From Dehalococcoidia bacterium (GTDB taxonomy: Bacteria > Chloroflexota > Dehalococcoidia > UBA2979), in NCBI GenBank assembly GCA_965219085.1, contig OZ244720.1, forward strand, positions 864,001 to 928,000: DNA of 64,000 nt, given 5' to 3'. The translations under genes and the position numbers were made by a program. Below the pieces are notes generated by a model. The model was not told the DNA's origin. It made no database searches and was given only the letters and a program-made list of their open reading frames with translations. Shown here piece by piece: positions 34,788 through 43,581 of this stretch; position 1 is the stretch's first letter, and the number at the start of each line of letters is the position of its first letter.

Positions 34788-36703
34788 CCCGTTCTCGCCG
34801 ACAGCGGAGGCGCCTCCCCGACAGTGGTCACGGTGCAATCCGGGGAGATCCTGCGAATGCGGTTCCCCCGGGAGTCGGCGACGAAGATGGAGCCGTCCTC
34901 GTCCACGGCCACGCCCTGCGGCCGAGCGAACTGCGCCTCGCCGCATGGCCCGTCCAGCACGCCCTCGCCATTCCCACCGCCGATCGTGGCCACCCTCCCA
35001 TCGAGGGCAACGCGCCGTATCGCATGGTTCTCGGAGTCGGCGACGATGACGTTTCCTTCGGCGTCCAGCGCCATTCCCCACGGCCGGTAGAAGAGCGCGC
35101 TACGAGCCATGCCGTCGACGAGCCGGGACGCGCCACGCGTCGAGTACCCTCGTCTGCCGGCGAAGACCTCGGTCGTCACACCCTGCACGCGCGGGATCTC
35201 GCGCGCTCCGGCAACTTGCAGCGCCGGCGGCCCGAGCCTGTTGTCTCCCAGCGCAACCCTGCGAATCACGTTGTTGCCCTCGTCCGCGACGACGAGCACG
35301 CCGTCGTCGGAAAGGGCCATCGCTCCCGGCAGGTTGAAGGCCGTGGTGTCGAGCGCGCCGTTCGTGTAGCCGGCGACGCCGGTGCCGGCCACGGCGCGCA
35401 GGTTGCCCGCACCCGTCAGCCGGACGATCTGGTGCCGGCCCGTGTTGGCGATGTAGATCACGCCGTTGTCGGACACGGCGATCCCCACCGGATGCGCGAG
35501 CGTTCCTCCTCGGCCAGCGTGAGGATCCCGATAGAGCGTCTCCACCATGCCGTCCGTATCGATCCTGCGGAGCGAGACGGGGCCACCATCCCGGCTGTCG
35601 ACGACGTACAGGTTGCCCCGCGCGTCGATGTCTACCGCCAGCAGGTTCTGGAACTGGGCCCCGGACACGGGGCCGTCCCGGTGACCGAGGCCGGACGCTC
35701 CGGCGTAGGTCAAGACCCACCCCGACGGCGAGAGCCGCCTGATGCGCTGGTGATACTCGATGATGTAGATGTCGCCGTAGTCATCGATCGCGATGCCGTT
35801 GGGGGAAGCAAACCTCGCGTCCGACGACGGACCGTCGACCACGGTTCCGCGCCCACCCGTGGGACCGCCCCCCGCCACCGTGGTCACCGTCCCGTCCGGC
35901 GCGATCTTGCGAATGCGGTGGCTCCGGATGTCCGCGACGTAGATCGAGCCATGAGGGGCAATGGCCACGTCCTTCGGCTCGACGAATTGCGCCGTGTCGG
36001 CGGGGCCGTCGCGTACTCCCTGGCCGTTGCCCCCGGCGATCGTGGTCACCGTCCCATCCGGCAAGATCCGCCGGATCGCCGCGTTGCTACTATCCGCCAC
36101 CACCACACTTCCGTCGCGGTCGACTGCCAGCCCCAGGTCGAGGTCCTCGAAGTACCGGGCGAATAGCGCTTCGCCTGCCGGCCCGTCCGCGTAGCCACGC
36201 TCTCCAGGCCGTCCCGCGAGGGTCGTGACCCCGTCCGCGGGCAGCGTGACCTCGAGACTGATGTCACCGAAGCGGTGTCCCGTGGAGCTGATGCCGTCGT
36301 CCAGCAGCAGGCGGACCGTCCCCAGCGTCAGCCAGGAGCCGCGCGCTGGGCGGGCGCTGATGTAGATGACCCCTGGGCGCACGCCCTGCCAGACGCGGAC
36401 TTCGACGGCGGCCGGCGTTTCCCAGTTGTGCACGGCCACGTTGAGCGTGATGTTCCCGTAGCGGCATCTCGTGGAGCTGACGCCGTCTCCAGCGCCAGCG
36501 GGATCATCCCCAGCGTCCGCCACGAGCCATCCGCCGGACGGGCGCCGACGTGGATGTCCTGTTCGTCCTCCACGTCCTGCCAGACGCGCACCTCGAGCCT
36601 GAGCGTGCCCGCGCCGTACCCGGCCGCCTCGGCGCCCGTCGTCCCGGCGCCCGCCGGCCACACCGAGCACCATCGCCATCCCGAGGATCGCCAACGTTCT
36701 CAA
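34788..36703 (-). pseudogene. Secreted NHL-repeat protein with two N-terminal ~60-aa repeats; compensating frameshifts, 3' end cut by IS481
   Basis: Many F..P.G.A.D..G.IYVAD..N..IRRI..DG.VTT.AG repeats. Hydrophobic leader LRTLAILGMAMVLG. The first EVRVWQ repeat lies in another frame (ORF 36328-36663). Confidence 0.8.
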
Positions 36704-36816
36704 GGGTGACCCGCGGACGGGGCCCGACGACTCCAGGACGAGATGCGCACGGACGGCCCAGAGCGTGCTCGGCTTATGGCGCAACCCCAGGACCCGCGCC
36801 CGCAGGCGCTCCGGTG

Positions 36817-37692
36817 CTAGCTGTCGTCCCCGGAGCCGTCGCCGTTGGCGCCCATGCTCGCGAGGCCGGACAGCGTGCCGCTCAGCCCTCCGGCGATGCT
36901 CGCGAGGTCCATCGGAATGATCCACTTCGTGGACTCGCCCGCGCCGAGCTGCTTCATCATGTCCAGGTACTGCAGCCCCATCGTCTTCGAGTCGACGCCC
37001 TGCGCCGTCTCGTAGATGCGCTGGAGGCCGACCGAGAAGCCCTCGGCCTCCAGGATCTGCGCCTGGCGCGACCCCTCGGCACGCAGGATCGAGGACTCAC
37101 GGACGCCCTCGGCCTCGAGGATGGCGGACTGCTTGTTGCCCTCGGCGACGTTGATCGCGGCCTGCCGTTCGCCCTCGGACTCGGTGATGAGCGCGCGCTT
37201 CGTGCGGTCGGCGGTCAGCAACTGGGTCATCGCGTGCTGGATGTCGGGCTGCGGCGTGATCTCGCGGATCTCAACGGAGCGCACGTCGACGCCCCAGCGC
37301 ACGGTCTCCTCGGAGATCTTGACCTGGAGCCGCGTGTTGATCTCCTCGCGGCGTGCCAGCACGTCCTCCACCGTCATGTCGCCGATCACGGCGCGCAGCG
37401 AGGTGGTCGCGAGGTTGCGGACGGCGATCACGAAGTTGTTGATGTTGATGATCGCATCATCGGGTTGGGCGACCTGCAGGAACACCACGAAGTCGACGTC
37501 GACGAGCGCGTTGTCCTTGGTGATCGAGGTCTGCTTCGGCTCCTCGATCACGAACTCGCGCATGTCGACGCGCGTGCCCTGGTCGATGAACGGGAGCAGG
37601 ATCACGAGTCCCGGCCCGCGGGTTCCGATGTGACGACCGAGGCGGAAGACGACCGCCCGCTCGTACTGCTTGACGACGTTGATAAAGAACAT
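36817..37692 (-). CDS. SPFH/band 7 (stomatin-like) protein
   Basis: QYERAVVFRLGR..GPGL, ITKDN, TSLRAVIG, WGVDVRSVEI, AEG repeats. Confidence 0.9.
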   Translation of the reverse strand: MFFINVVKQYERAVVFRLGRHIGTRGPGLVILLPFIDQGTRVDMREFVIEEPKQTSITKDNALVDVDFVVFLQVAQPDDAIININNFVIAVRNLATTSLRAVIGDMTVEDVLARREEINTRLQVKISEETVRWGVDVRSVEIREITPQPDIQHAMTQLLTADRTKRALITESEGERQAAINVAEGNKQSAILEAEGVRESSILRAEGSRQAQILEAEGFSVGLQRIYETAQGVDSKTMGLQYLDMMKQLGAGESTKWIIPMDLASIAGGLSGTLSGLASMGANGDGSGDDS

Positions 37693-37844
37693 GTCCCCGC
37701 CCTTCTACTCGGACGCGTCGAGTATAGCCCTCGGCACCCTGCGCGAACGGGCGCTTCGGCTCGCGTTCGGAATCGGCTATATTCCGTTCGTCGCTGGACA
37801 AGTCGCGCCATGCAGGCGAGGCTTGCGCGGAGGAGACTCCGTCG

Positions 37845-39647
37845 ATGCCGAATCGCGCCTCGAGTGACGCTTGGTTGGACGTGATCGCGACCCCGATCCG
37901 GGGCGTCGCCGAGCGCGTGGCCGGAGCGGTGCGTGAGGCCGACGGGCGGGTGTCGGAGGCCGTCAACCGCAGGCGCGAGGCCGCCGAGGGACTGTACGCG
38001 TCGCACGGCCATCGCATCCCGTCCCCGGCCGTGCGTGTCGTCAACTTGATGCTGCCCCCGCGGCTCTCGCACCCCGGCTGGTCGCCCGGCGCCGGCGAGG
38101 ACCTGCTGGTCGACACCATTGCCGAGCCGATCCTCGGCGCGGTGTCGCAGGTGCGCGAAGTCGCACGCGACGCCGACGAGCGCGTGTGCGAGGTCGTGGG
38201 TCGCAAGCGCCGCATAGCCCTCGAACTCTGCGGCGCGCAGGCCGAGCGCATCCCGACGCCCGCGATGCGCGTCGTGAACCTCGTGCTCCCGCCGCGGCTG
38301 TCCCACCCTGGCTGGACGCCCGGCACGGGCGACGACCTGCTCGTCGACCTGCTCACCGAGCCGATCATGGAGGCCGTCTCGCAGGTGCGCGAGGTGGCGC
38401 GCGACGCCGATGACCGTGTGTCCGAGGCCGTGCACCGCAAGCGCCGGCGCGCGATCGAGCTGTACGGCGCGTACAGCCACCACATCCCGCCCACCGCGCT
38501 GCGTGTCGTGAGCCTGATGCTCCCGCCGCGCCTCGTGGACGGCGGCGCGCCCCCCGTTGAAGGGGTCGGCCGCGCGGCCTGGTCGACCACCGCGCTGCGA
38601 GGCCGGCCGCGCCGGCGCCCCGCTCCCGCGCGCTTCGACGAGCTCCCGCCCGCGGCACGACCGCGACCCGACGCACGCTCTCACGCACCTCGTGGGGCGG
38701 TCCGGCCGCACCGCCCGGGCAGCGTCACGCCACACACGCTGCTGCTCGCGGCGCCGCGCGGCTTCTGCGCGGGCGTCGTGCGCGCCGTCGACGCCCTCGA
38801 GATGGTGGTCGAGCGCGAACCACCGCCGATCTACGCGTTCCACGAGATCGTGCACAACCGGCACATCGTCGAGAGCTTCGAGGCGCGCGGCGTGGTCTTC
38901 ATCGACGATGTCGCCGAGGCACCGGACGGGGCCCGCATCGTCTTCAGCGCCCACGGCGTCTCGCCTACCGTGGTCGAGGATGCCCGACGCCGCGACATGC
39001 GCATCATCGACGCCACCTGCCCGCTCGTGACGCGGGTCCACCTCGAGACGAAGCGCGCGGCGAGCCAGGGCTACGACGTGCTCCTCGTCGGCCACCGCGG
39101 GCACGACGAGGCCGTCGGGACCGTCGGTGAGGCGCCCGAGCAGACGCGCATCGTCGAGGATCCCGCCGAGGTCGCCGCCCTCGGCGCCATCGAGCGGCCG
39201 GTCTTCGTCGTCACGCAGACAACGCTCTCGATGGACGACACCGCGGGTGTCATCGGCGAGATCCGCGACCGCTACCCCGCCGCCGAGATCCGCAACGACA
39301 TCTGCTACGCCACCACCAACCGCCAGCACGCGGCACGCGCGATCGCGCAGCAGGCCGACCTCGTGCTCGTCGTCGGCTCGCGCAACTCAAGCAACTCGAT
39401 GCGGCTGCGCGAGGTCGCCGAGGATGCCGGCGCGACGGCCTACCTCGTCGACGGCATCGAAGACGTCGACCCGGCCTGGTACGAGGGCATGGAGGTCGTG
39501 GGCCTCACGTCCGGCGCGTCCGTCCCCGACGCACTCCTCGACCCGATCATCGAGGACCTCAAGGCACGCGGCGTCACGAAGGTGGAGCCCGTCGTGCTGA
39601 CCGAGGAGGACGTCGAGTTCCGTCTCCCGGACGAACTCGAGACGTAG
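37845..39647 (+). CDS. ispH: 4-hydroxy-3-methylbut-2-enyl diphosphate reductase with a ~290-aa N-terminal extension
   Basis: PRGFCAGV, EIVHN, FSAHGV, DATCPLV, TQTTLS, DICYATTNRQ, SSNS, TSGASVP. GGAGGAG RBS before ATG 37845. No start codon directly before the IspH domain (~38724). Confidence 0.9.
   Translation: MPNRASSDAWLDVIATPIRGVAERVAGAVREADGRVSEAVNRRREAAEGLYASHGHRIPSPAVRVVNLMLPPRLSHPGWSPGAGEDLLVDTIAEPILGAVSQVREVARDADERVCEVVGRKRRIALELCGAQAERIPTPAMRVVNLVLPPRLSHPGWTPGTGDDLLVDLLTEPIMEAVSQVREVARDADDRVSEAVHRKRRRAIELYGAYSHHIPPTALRVVSLMLPPRLVDGGAPPVEGVGRAAWSTTALRGRPRRRPAPARFDELPPAARPRPDARSHAPRGAVRPHRPGSVTPHTLLLAAPRGFCAGVVRAVDALEMVVEREPPPIYAFHEIVHNRHIVESFEARGVVFIDDVAEAPDGARIVFSAHGVSPTVVEDARRRDMRIIDATCPLVTRVHLETKRAASQGYDVLLVGHRGHDEAVGTVGEAPEQTRIVEDPAEVAALGAIERPVFVVTQTTLSMDDTAGVIGEIRDRYPAAEIRNDICYATTNRQHAARAIAQQADLVLVVGSRNSSNSMRLREVAEDAGATAYLVDGIEDVDPAWYEGMEVVGLTSGASVPDALLDPIIEDLKARGVTKVEPVVLTEEDVEFRLPDELET
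37866..38535 (+). repeat. Three in-frame tandem repeats, 234-bp / 78-aa period
   Basis: Units start at 37866, 38100 and 38334. Shared VRE.ARDAD.RV.E.V.RKR and IP..A.RVV.L.LPPRL(SHPGW). Confidence 0.92.
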
Positions 39648-39649
39648 CG

Positions 39650-39862
39650 TCACGCGCGCGGCCGGTCCTCTGATTCAGGGCGCAACGTGATCGGGACGGC
39701 TCGTCGGGGGTCGTCCGCGTCGAAGTGGGTGCGGACAGCGTCTCGTGTCATCTCACGGAGTTCCTCGAAGGTGTCCGCCTCGGTGAAGATCGAGTGCCCC
39801 AGCGCGCGTGCGGTGTAGCCGCCCTCTGGCGCTTCCTGAACCTCGAAGATGACCCGGCTCAT
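39650..39862 (-). CDS. Small HicB-like protein
   Basis: VIFEVQEAPEGGYTARALGHSIFTEADTFEELREMTRDAV. Confidence 0.75.
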   Translation of the reverse strand: MSRVIFEVQEAPEGGYTARALGHSIFTEADTFEELREMTRDAVRTHFDADDPRRAVPITLRPESEDRPRA

Positions 39863-39867
39863 GCTTC

Positions 39868-40242
39868 TCAGTCGGTGCCTGCGGGCGCGTGGATTTCGAG
39901 GGTCTTGCCCTCCCGCTTCGCTTCAAGCCATCGCTGGAGCGACTCCTGGCTCTCCCCCGAAGCCCGGCCCGCGAGCAGCCCTTCCACGCTGATGTCCTCA
40001 TCGAGATCGGGCCAATGGATGCCCTTGCCCCCGCCGATCAGCCTCCAGTTGCCCCGTTCCTGCTCGGAGGCGTGCATCAGCCGGGGATACCATACGAGCG
40101 GGACGGAGATGGTCCTGCCATCGGACAGTTCGGCGGTCAACGTGTCGTCTGTGACGGTGATGTCGCCCGCATCGGGAACCCTGACCTCAAGCATCGAAGT
40201 ATGCATACCAGGACTCCGTGAGAAACGCCCGTCGCTCGCCAT
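39868..40242 (-). CDS. DUF2442 family protein
   Basis: LSDGRTISVPLVWYPRL..AS..ER.NW.LIG.G.GIHWPDLDEDISVEGLL. The start may be 40206. Confidence 0.85.
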   Translation of the reverse strand: MASDGRFSRSPGMHTSMLEVRVPDAGDITVTDDTLTAELSDGRTISVPLVWYPRLMHASEQERGNWRLIGGGKGIHWPDLDEDISVEGLLAGRASGESQESLQRWLEAKREGKTLEIHAPAGTD

Positions 40243-40646
40243 TATTCCGCGCCCGGCGGCTCCACCACACGCACCGACGCCCGGCTCACCTCGATCCCCC
40301 CGATCACGAGGTGGAAGGAGTGGTCACCGTAGTCCGGGAAGTTCACGCCCACGAGGTTCACGAGCACGCGAGCCGTCCCGCTGGTGCCGCCCGTGAGCGT
40401 CGGGAACGGCAGCTCACCCTCGACCTTGTCGACGATGTCCTGGCCGTCGGCGTCGAAGCCACGCACCTCGAGGCGGTGGCTGCCCGCCTCCGCGGACGAG
40501 TAGCGAATCTGCGCCACCATCGTGAGCTGCGGGTGTCGCGTCGGCACCGAGTGCGCCTGGATCCTGTCGATCCCGACGCCGAGCGCGTGCAGCTTCCCGC
40601 CGGACTCCTCCGCGTAGTCGCTGAGGAACGCGAAATCCACTTCCAT
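40242..40646 (-). CDS. DUF6941-like small beta protein
   Basis: MEVDFAFLSDYAEESGGKLHALG...FPDYGDHSFHL. Confidence 0.65.
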   Translation of the reverse strand: MEVDFAFLSDYAEESGGKLHALGVGIDRIQAHSVPTRHPQLTMVAQIRYSSAEAGSHRLEVRGFDADGQDIVDKVEGELPFPTLTGGTSGTARVLVNLVGVNFPDYGDHSFHLVIGGIEVSRASVRVVEPPGAE

Positions 40647-40674
40647 GCCGGTTGGCCCTTCCAGTGTGCGGCGG

Positions 40675-42129
40675 CTATCGCCTGCGTCGCCCGATGTAGT
40701 CCGGACTGCGATCGTAGAACGCGGCGGCCGCGTGCATCAGTGTCTCCGACAGCGTCGGGTGCGGGTGGATGGTCAGCTCAAGATCCTGCGCGACTGCGCC
40801 CATCTCGATGGCGAGCACCGCCTCGCTGATCAGCTCGCCCGCGCCCTTGCCGACGATGCCGACGCCGAGCACGCGGTGCGTGTGCGGCTCCAGCACGAGC
40901 TTCGTCGCGCCGTCGTTGCGCCCGATCGTCGTGGCGCGGCCCGAGGCGGCCCACGGCATCGTCGACACCTCGACCTCGATGCGGCGGTCGGTGGCCTCGG
41001 TCTCGGTCAGGCCGGCCCACGCGATCTCCGGGTCGGTGTAGATCACGGCGGGGACGACGCGCTCGTCCCACGCCGAGGGCTTGCCGGCGATGGCCTCGAC
41101 GGCGACGGGCGCCTCGTGCGCGGCCTTGTGCGCGAGCATCGGCTCACCGGCCACGTCGCCCACCGCGAAGATGTTCGGCTCCGCGGTGCGGCGCTGCGTG
41201 TCGGCCTCGATGAAGCCGCGCGCGTCGAGCTGCACGCTGGTGTGCTCGAGGCCGAGACCGGCGCTGTTCGGCCTGCGCCCCACGGCGACGAGCACCTGGT
41301 CGAAGACGTGCTCCTCGGGCTCGCCCTCGTTGCCCGCGATGCGGGCGCGGACGCCGTCGGCGGTCTCCTCCATGCCGAGCACGGTGGTCTCGAGGCGGAT
41401 CGCCTCGAAGCTGCGCCGCAGCCGGCGCTGTAGCTGCCGCACGAGGTCGCGGTCGACGCCGGGCAGCAGCCCGGCCGTCATCTCGACGACCGTCACACGC
41501 GAGCCGAGCGCGGCGTAGACGCTGCCGAGTTCGAGCCCAATGTACCCGCCGCCGATGACCAGCAGCGTCTCCGGCACGCGCTCGAGTTCGAGCGCGGAGG
41601 TCGAATCGAGCAGGCGCGGGCTGTCGATGTCGATCGCCGGGATCCTCGACGGCGAGGAGCCCGTGGCGACGATGGCGTAGTCGAACTCGATGGTCTGCGG
41701 CGGGCCGCCGTCAGTGGGCGCGACGCCCACCGTGTGGGCATCGAGGAAGGTCGCGCGGCCCTGCACGGAGTGCACCTTGTGCTGGCTGGAGAGCTGGCCG
41801 AGCCCGCCGGTCAGCCGGTCGACGACGCCCTGCTTGAAGCCGCGCAGGCGGTCGAGGTCGATCGCCGGCTCGCCGAAGGCGACGCCCCAGTCCTCGGCGA
41901 GGCGCGCCTCCTCGATCAGCCCGGCGACGTGCAGCAGCGCCTTCGAGGGGATGCAGCCGCGGTAGAGGCACACCCCGCCGGGGTTCGGTTGCTCGTCGAT
42001 GAGCGTGACGTGCATCCCCATGTCGGCGGCGAGGAACGCGGCCGGATAGCCGCCGGGGCCGCCGCCAATGACTGCCAACCGGACACCCCCCGCCGGGTAT
42101 CCCGGCGTTCCAGAGGCCTGAGTGGTCAC
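40675..42129 (-). CDS. lpdA: Dihydrolipoyl dehydrogenase (E3)
   Basis: IGGGPGGY, GGVCLYRGCIPSK, GGGYIGLE, HPHPTLSE. GGAGGAG RBS before GTG 42129. Confidence 0.95.
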   Translation of the reverse strand: MTTQASGTPGYPAGGVRLAVIGGGPGGYPAAFLAADMGMHVTLIDEQPNPGGVCLYRGCIPSKALLHVAGLIEEARLAEDWGVAFGEPAIDLDRLRGFKQGVVDRLTGGLGQLSSQHKVHSVQGRATFLDAHTVGVAPTDGGPPQTIEFDYAIVATGSSPSRIPAIDIDSPRLLDSTSALELERVPETLLVIGGGYIGLELGSVYAALGSRVTVVEMTAGLLPGVDRDLVRQLQRRLRRSFEAIRLETTVLGMEETADGVRARIAGNEGEPEEHVFDQVLVAVGRRPNSAGLGLEHTSVQLDARGFIEADTQRRTAEPNIFAVGDVAGEPMLAHKAAHEAPVAVEAIAGKPSAWDERVVPAVIYTDPEIAWAGLTETEATDRRIEVEVSTMPWAASGRATTIGRNDGATKLVLEPHTHRVLGVGIVGKGAGELISEAVLAIEMGAVAQDLELTIHPHPTLSETLMHAAAAFYDRSPDYIGRRRR

Positions 42130-42179
42130 GTGGGCTCCTCCCACTCCTGATCCAGCATCGGGGTTGCGGGGTGGGCGCG

Positions 42180-43544
42180 CTAGACGATGAGTTCCGGCGG
42201 CTCCTCGATGGCTTCGACGATCCAGCTCAGCGCGCGGGCCGCGTCGGCGCCGTCGATCAGGCGGTGGTCGACGGTGAGACCGAGCGGCATACGCAGCCGC
42301 GGCTGGAACCCGTCGTCGATCCAGGTCGGCTCGCGCTCGGCGCGGCCGACGGCGAGGATGCCGACCTGCGGCGGGTGCAGGATGGCGGTGAAGAACCCGG
42401 TGCCCATGCCGCCGAGGTTGCTGATGGTGAACGTGCCGCCGCGCATGTCGTCGATGCTCAGCTTGCGGTCGCGCGCTCGCTCGGCCAGCTCGCGGATCTC
42501 GACCGCCAACTCGGTCAGCGACTTGCGGTCGGCGTCGCGCACGACGGGCACGACGAGGCCGCGCTCGGTGTCGGTCGCCACGCCGACGTGGACGTAGCGG
42601 CGGTACACGATCTCCTGCGTCGCCATGTCGATCGAGGCGTTGAGGCGCGGGAACTCGGCGAGCGCGCGCGCCACCACCTGCATGAGGATCGGCAACATCG
42701 TCAGCGAGCCGCCCGCCTCCGCGACGCGGTCGCGGCGCTCGCGCCGGAGCGCGTCGAGCTCGGTGACGTCCGCCTTCTGCTGGAGCGTGATGTGCGGGCT
42801 CTGCGACCACGACTGCGCGAGGTTGCGCGCCGTCGCGCGCCGCGTCGGCGACATCCGCTCACGCTCGATCTCCCCGAACTGCGCGAGATCGGGCAGCACG
42901 GCGGGCGGCGGCACGCCGACTTCGGCCGCGGGCGCTGACGTCGAGGCGGGAGCGGGGGCGGCTGCTGCGGGCGTCGAGGCGTATAGCGCGGCGAGGAGCG
43001 AGCGCGCGTGCGCCTTCACGTCGTCGAGCGAGATGCGGCCGCCTGGCCCACTGCCCGCGACGTCCCCGATACGCACGCCGATCTCGCGCGCGAACAACCG
43101 CACCGCCGGGGAGGCGGGAACCGCCGCGCGCTCACCACCGGGGATCGACGCGACGACCGCCGGGGGCGCTGGCAATGGCATGACAGGCGCTGGTTGCGGG
43201 GTCGCCGCAACCGGTGCCAGGGCGGGTGGAGCGATGGGTGTCGGCGGAGCCGTCGAGGCGACCTCGGCGGCCGGCGCCGCCGCAGGGGCGCTCGCGCCGT
43301 CCGACCCGGCCGCCGCGATCGCGACGATCGGCTGGCCGACGCGGATCACCTCGCCCACCTCGACATGCACGGCCTCGACCACCCCGGCGTGCGGGGCGGG
43401 GACGTCGAGGTTCGCCTTCTCGGTCTCCACCTCGATCAGCGGCTGGTCGGCCTCGACCACATCGCCGACGCGCACGAGGACGCCGATGACCTCGGCTTCC
43501 TCGATGCCCTCGCCGAGGTCGGGGAGCGTGAAATCGTCGGCCAT
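42180..43544 (-). CDS. aceF: Dihydrolipoamide acetyltransferase (E2), single lipoyl domain
   Basis: LPDLGEGI..VETEKA lipoyl domain, ASPAVR..ARE E3-binding domain, FTISNLGG, DHRLIDG. Confidence 0.93.
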   Translation of the reverse strand: MADDFTLPDLGEGIEEAEVIGVLVRVGDVVEADQPLIEVETEKANLDVPAPHAGVVEAVHVEVGEVIRVGQPIVAIAAAGSDGASAPAAAPAAEVASTAPPTPIAPPALAPVAATPQPAPVMPLPAPPAVVASIPGGERAAVPASPAVRLFAREIGVRIGDVAGSGPGGRISLDDVKAHARSLLAALYASTPAAAAPAPASTSAPAAEVGVPPPAVLPDLAQFGEIERERMSPTRRATARNLAQSWSQSPHITLQQKADVTELDALRRERRDRVAEAGGSLTMLPILMQVVARALAEFPRLNASIDMATQEIVYRRYVHVGVATDTERGLVVPVVRDADRKSLTELAVEIRELAERARDRKLSIDDMRGGTFTISNLGGMGTGFFTAILHPPQVGILAVGRAEREPTWIDDGFQPRLRMPLGLTVDHRLIDGADAARALSWIVEAIEEPPELIV

Positions 43545-43581
43545 GCAGTCCCTTCCCGTGGTGGCTCGGCGGGCGGCCGGC

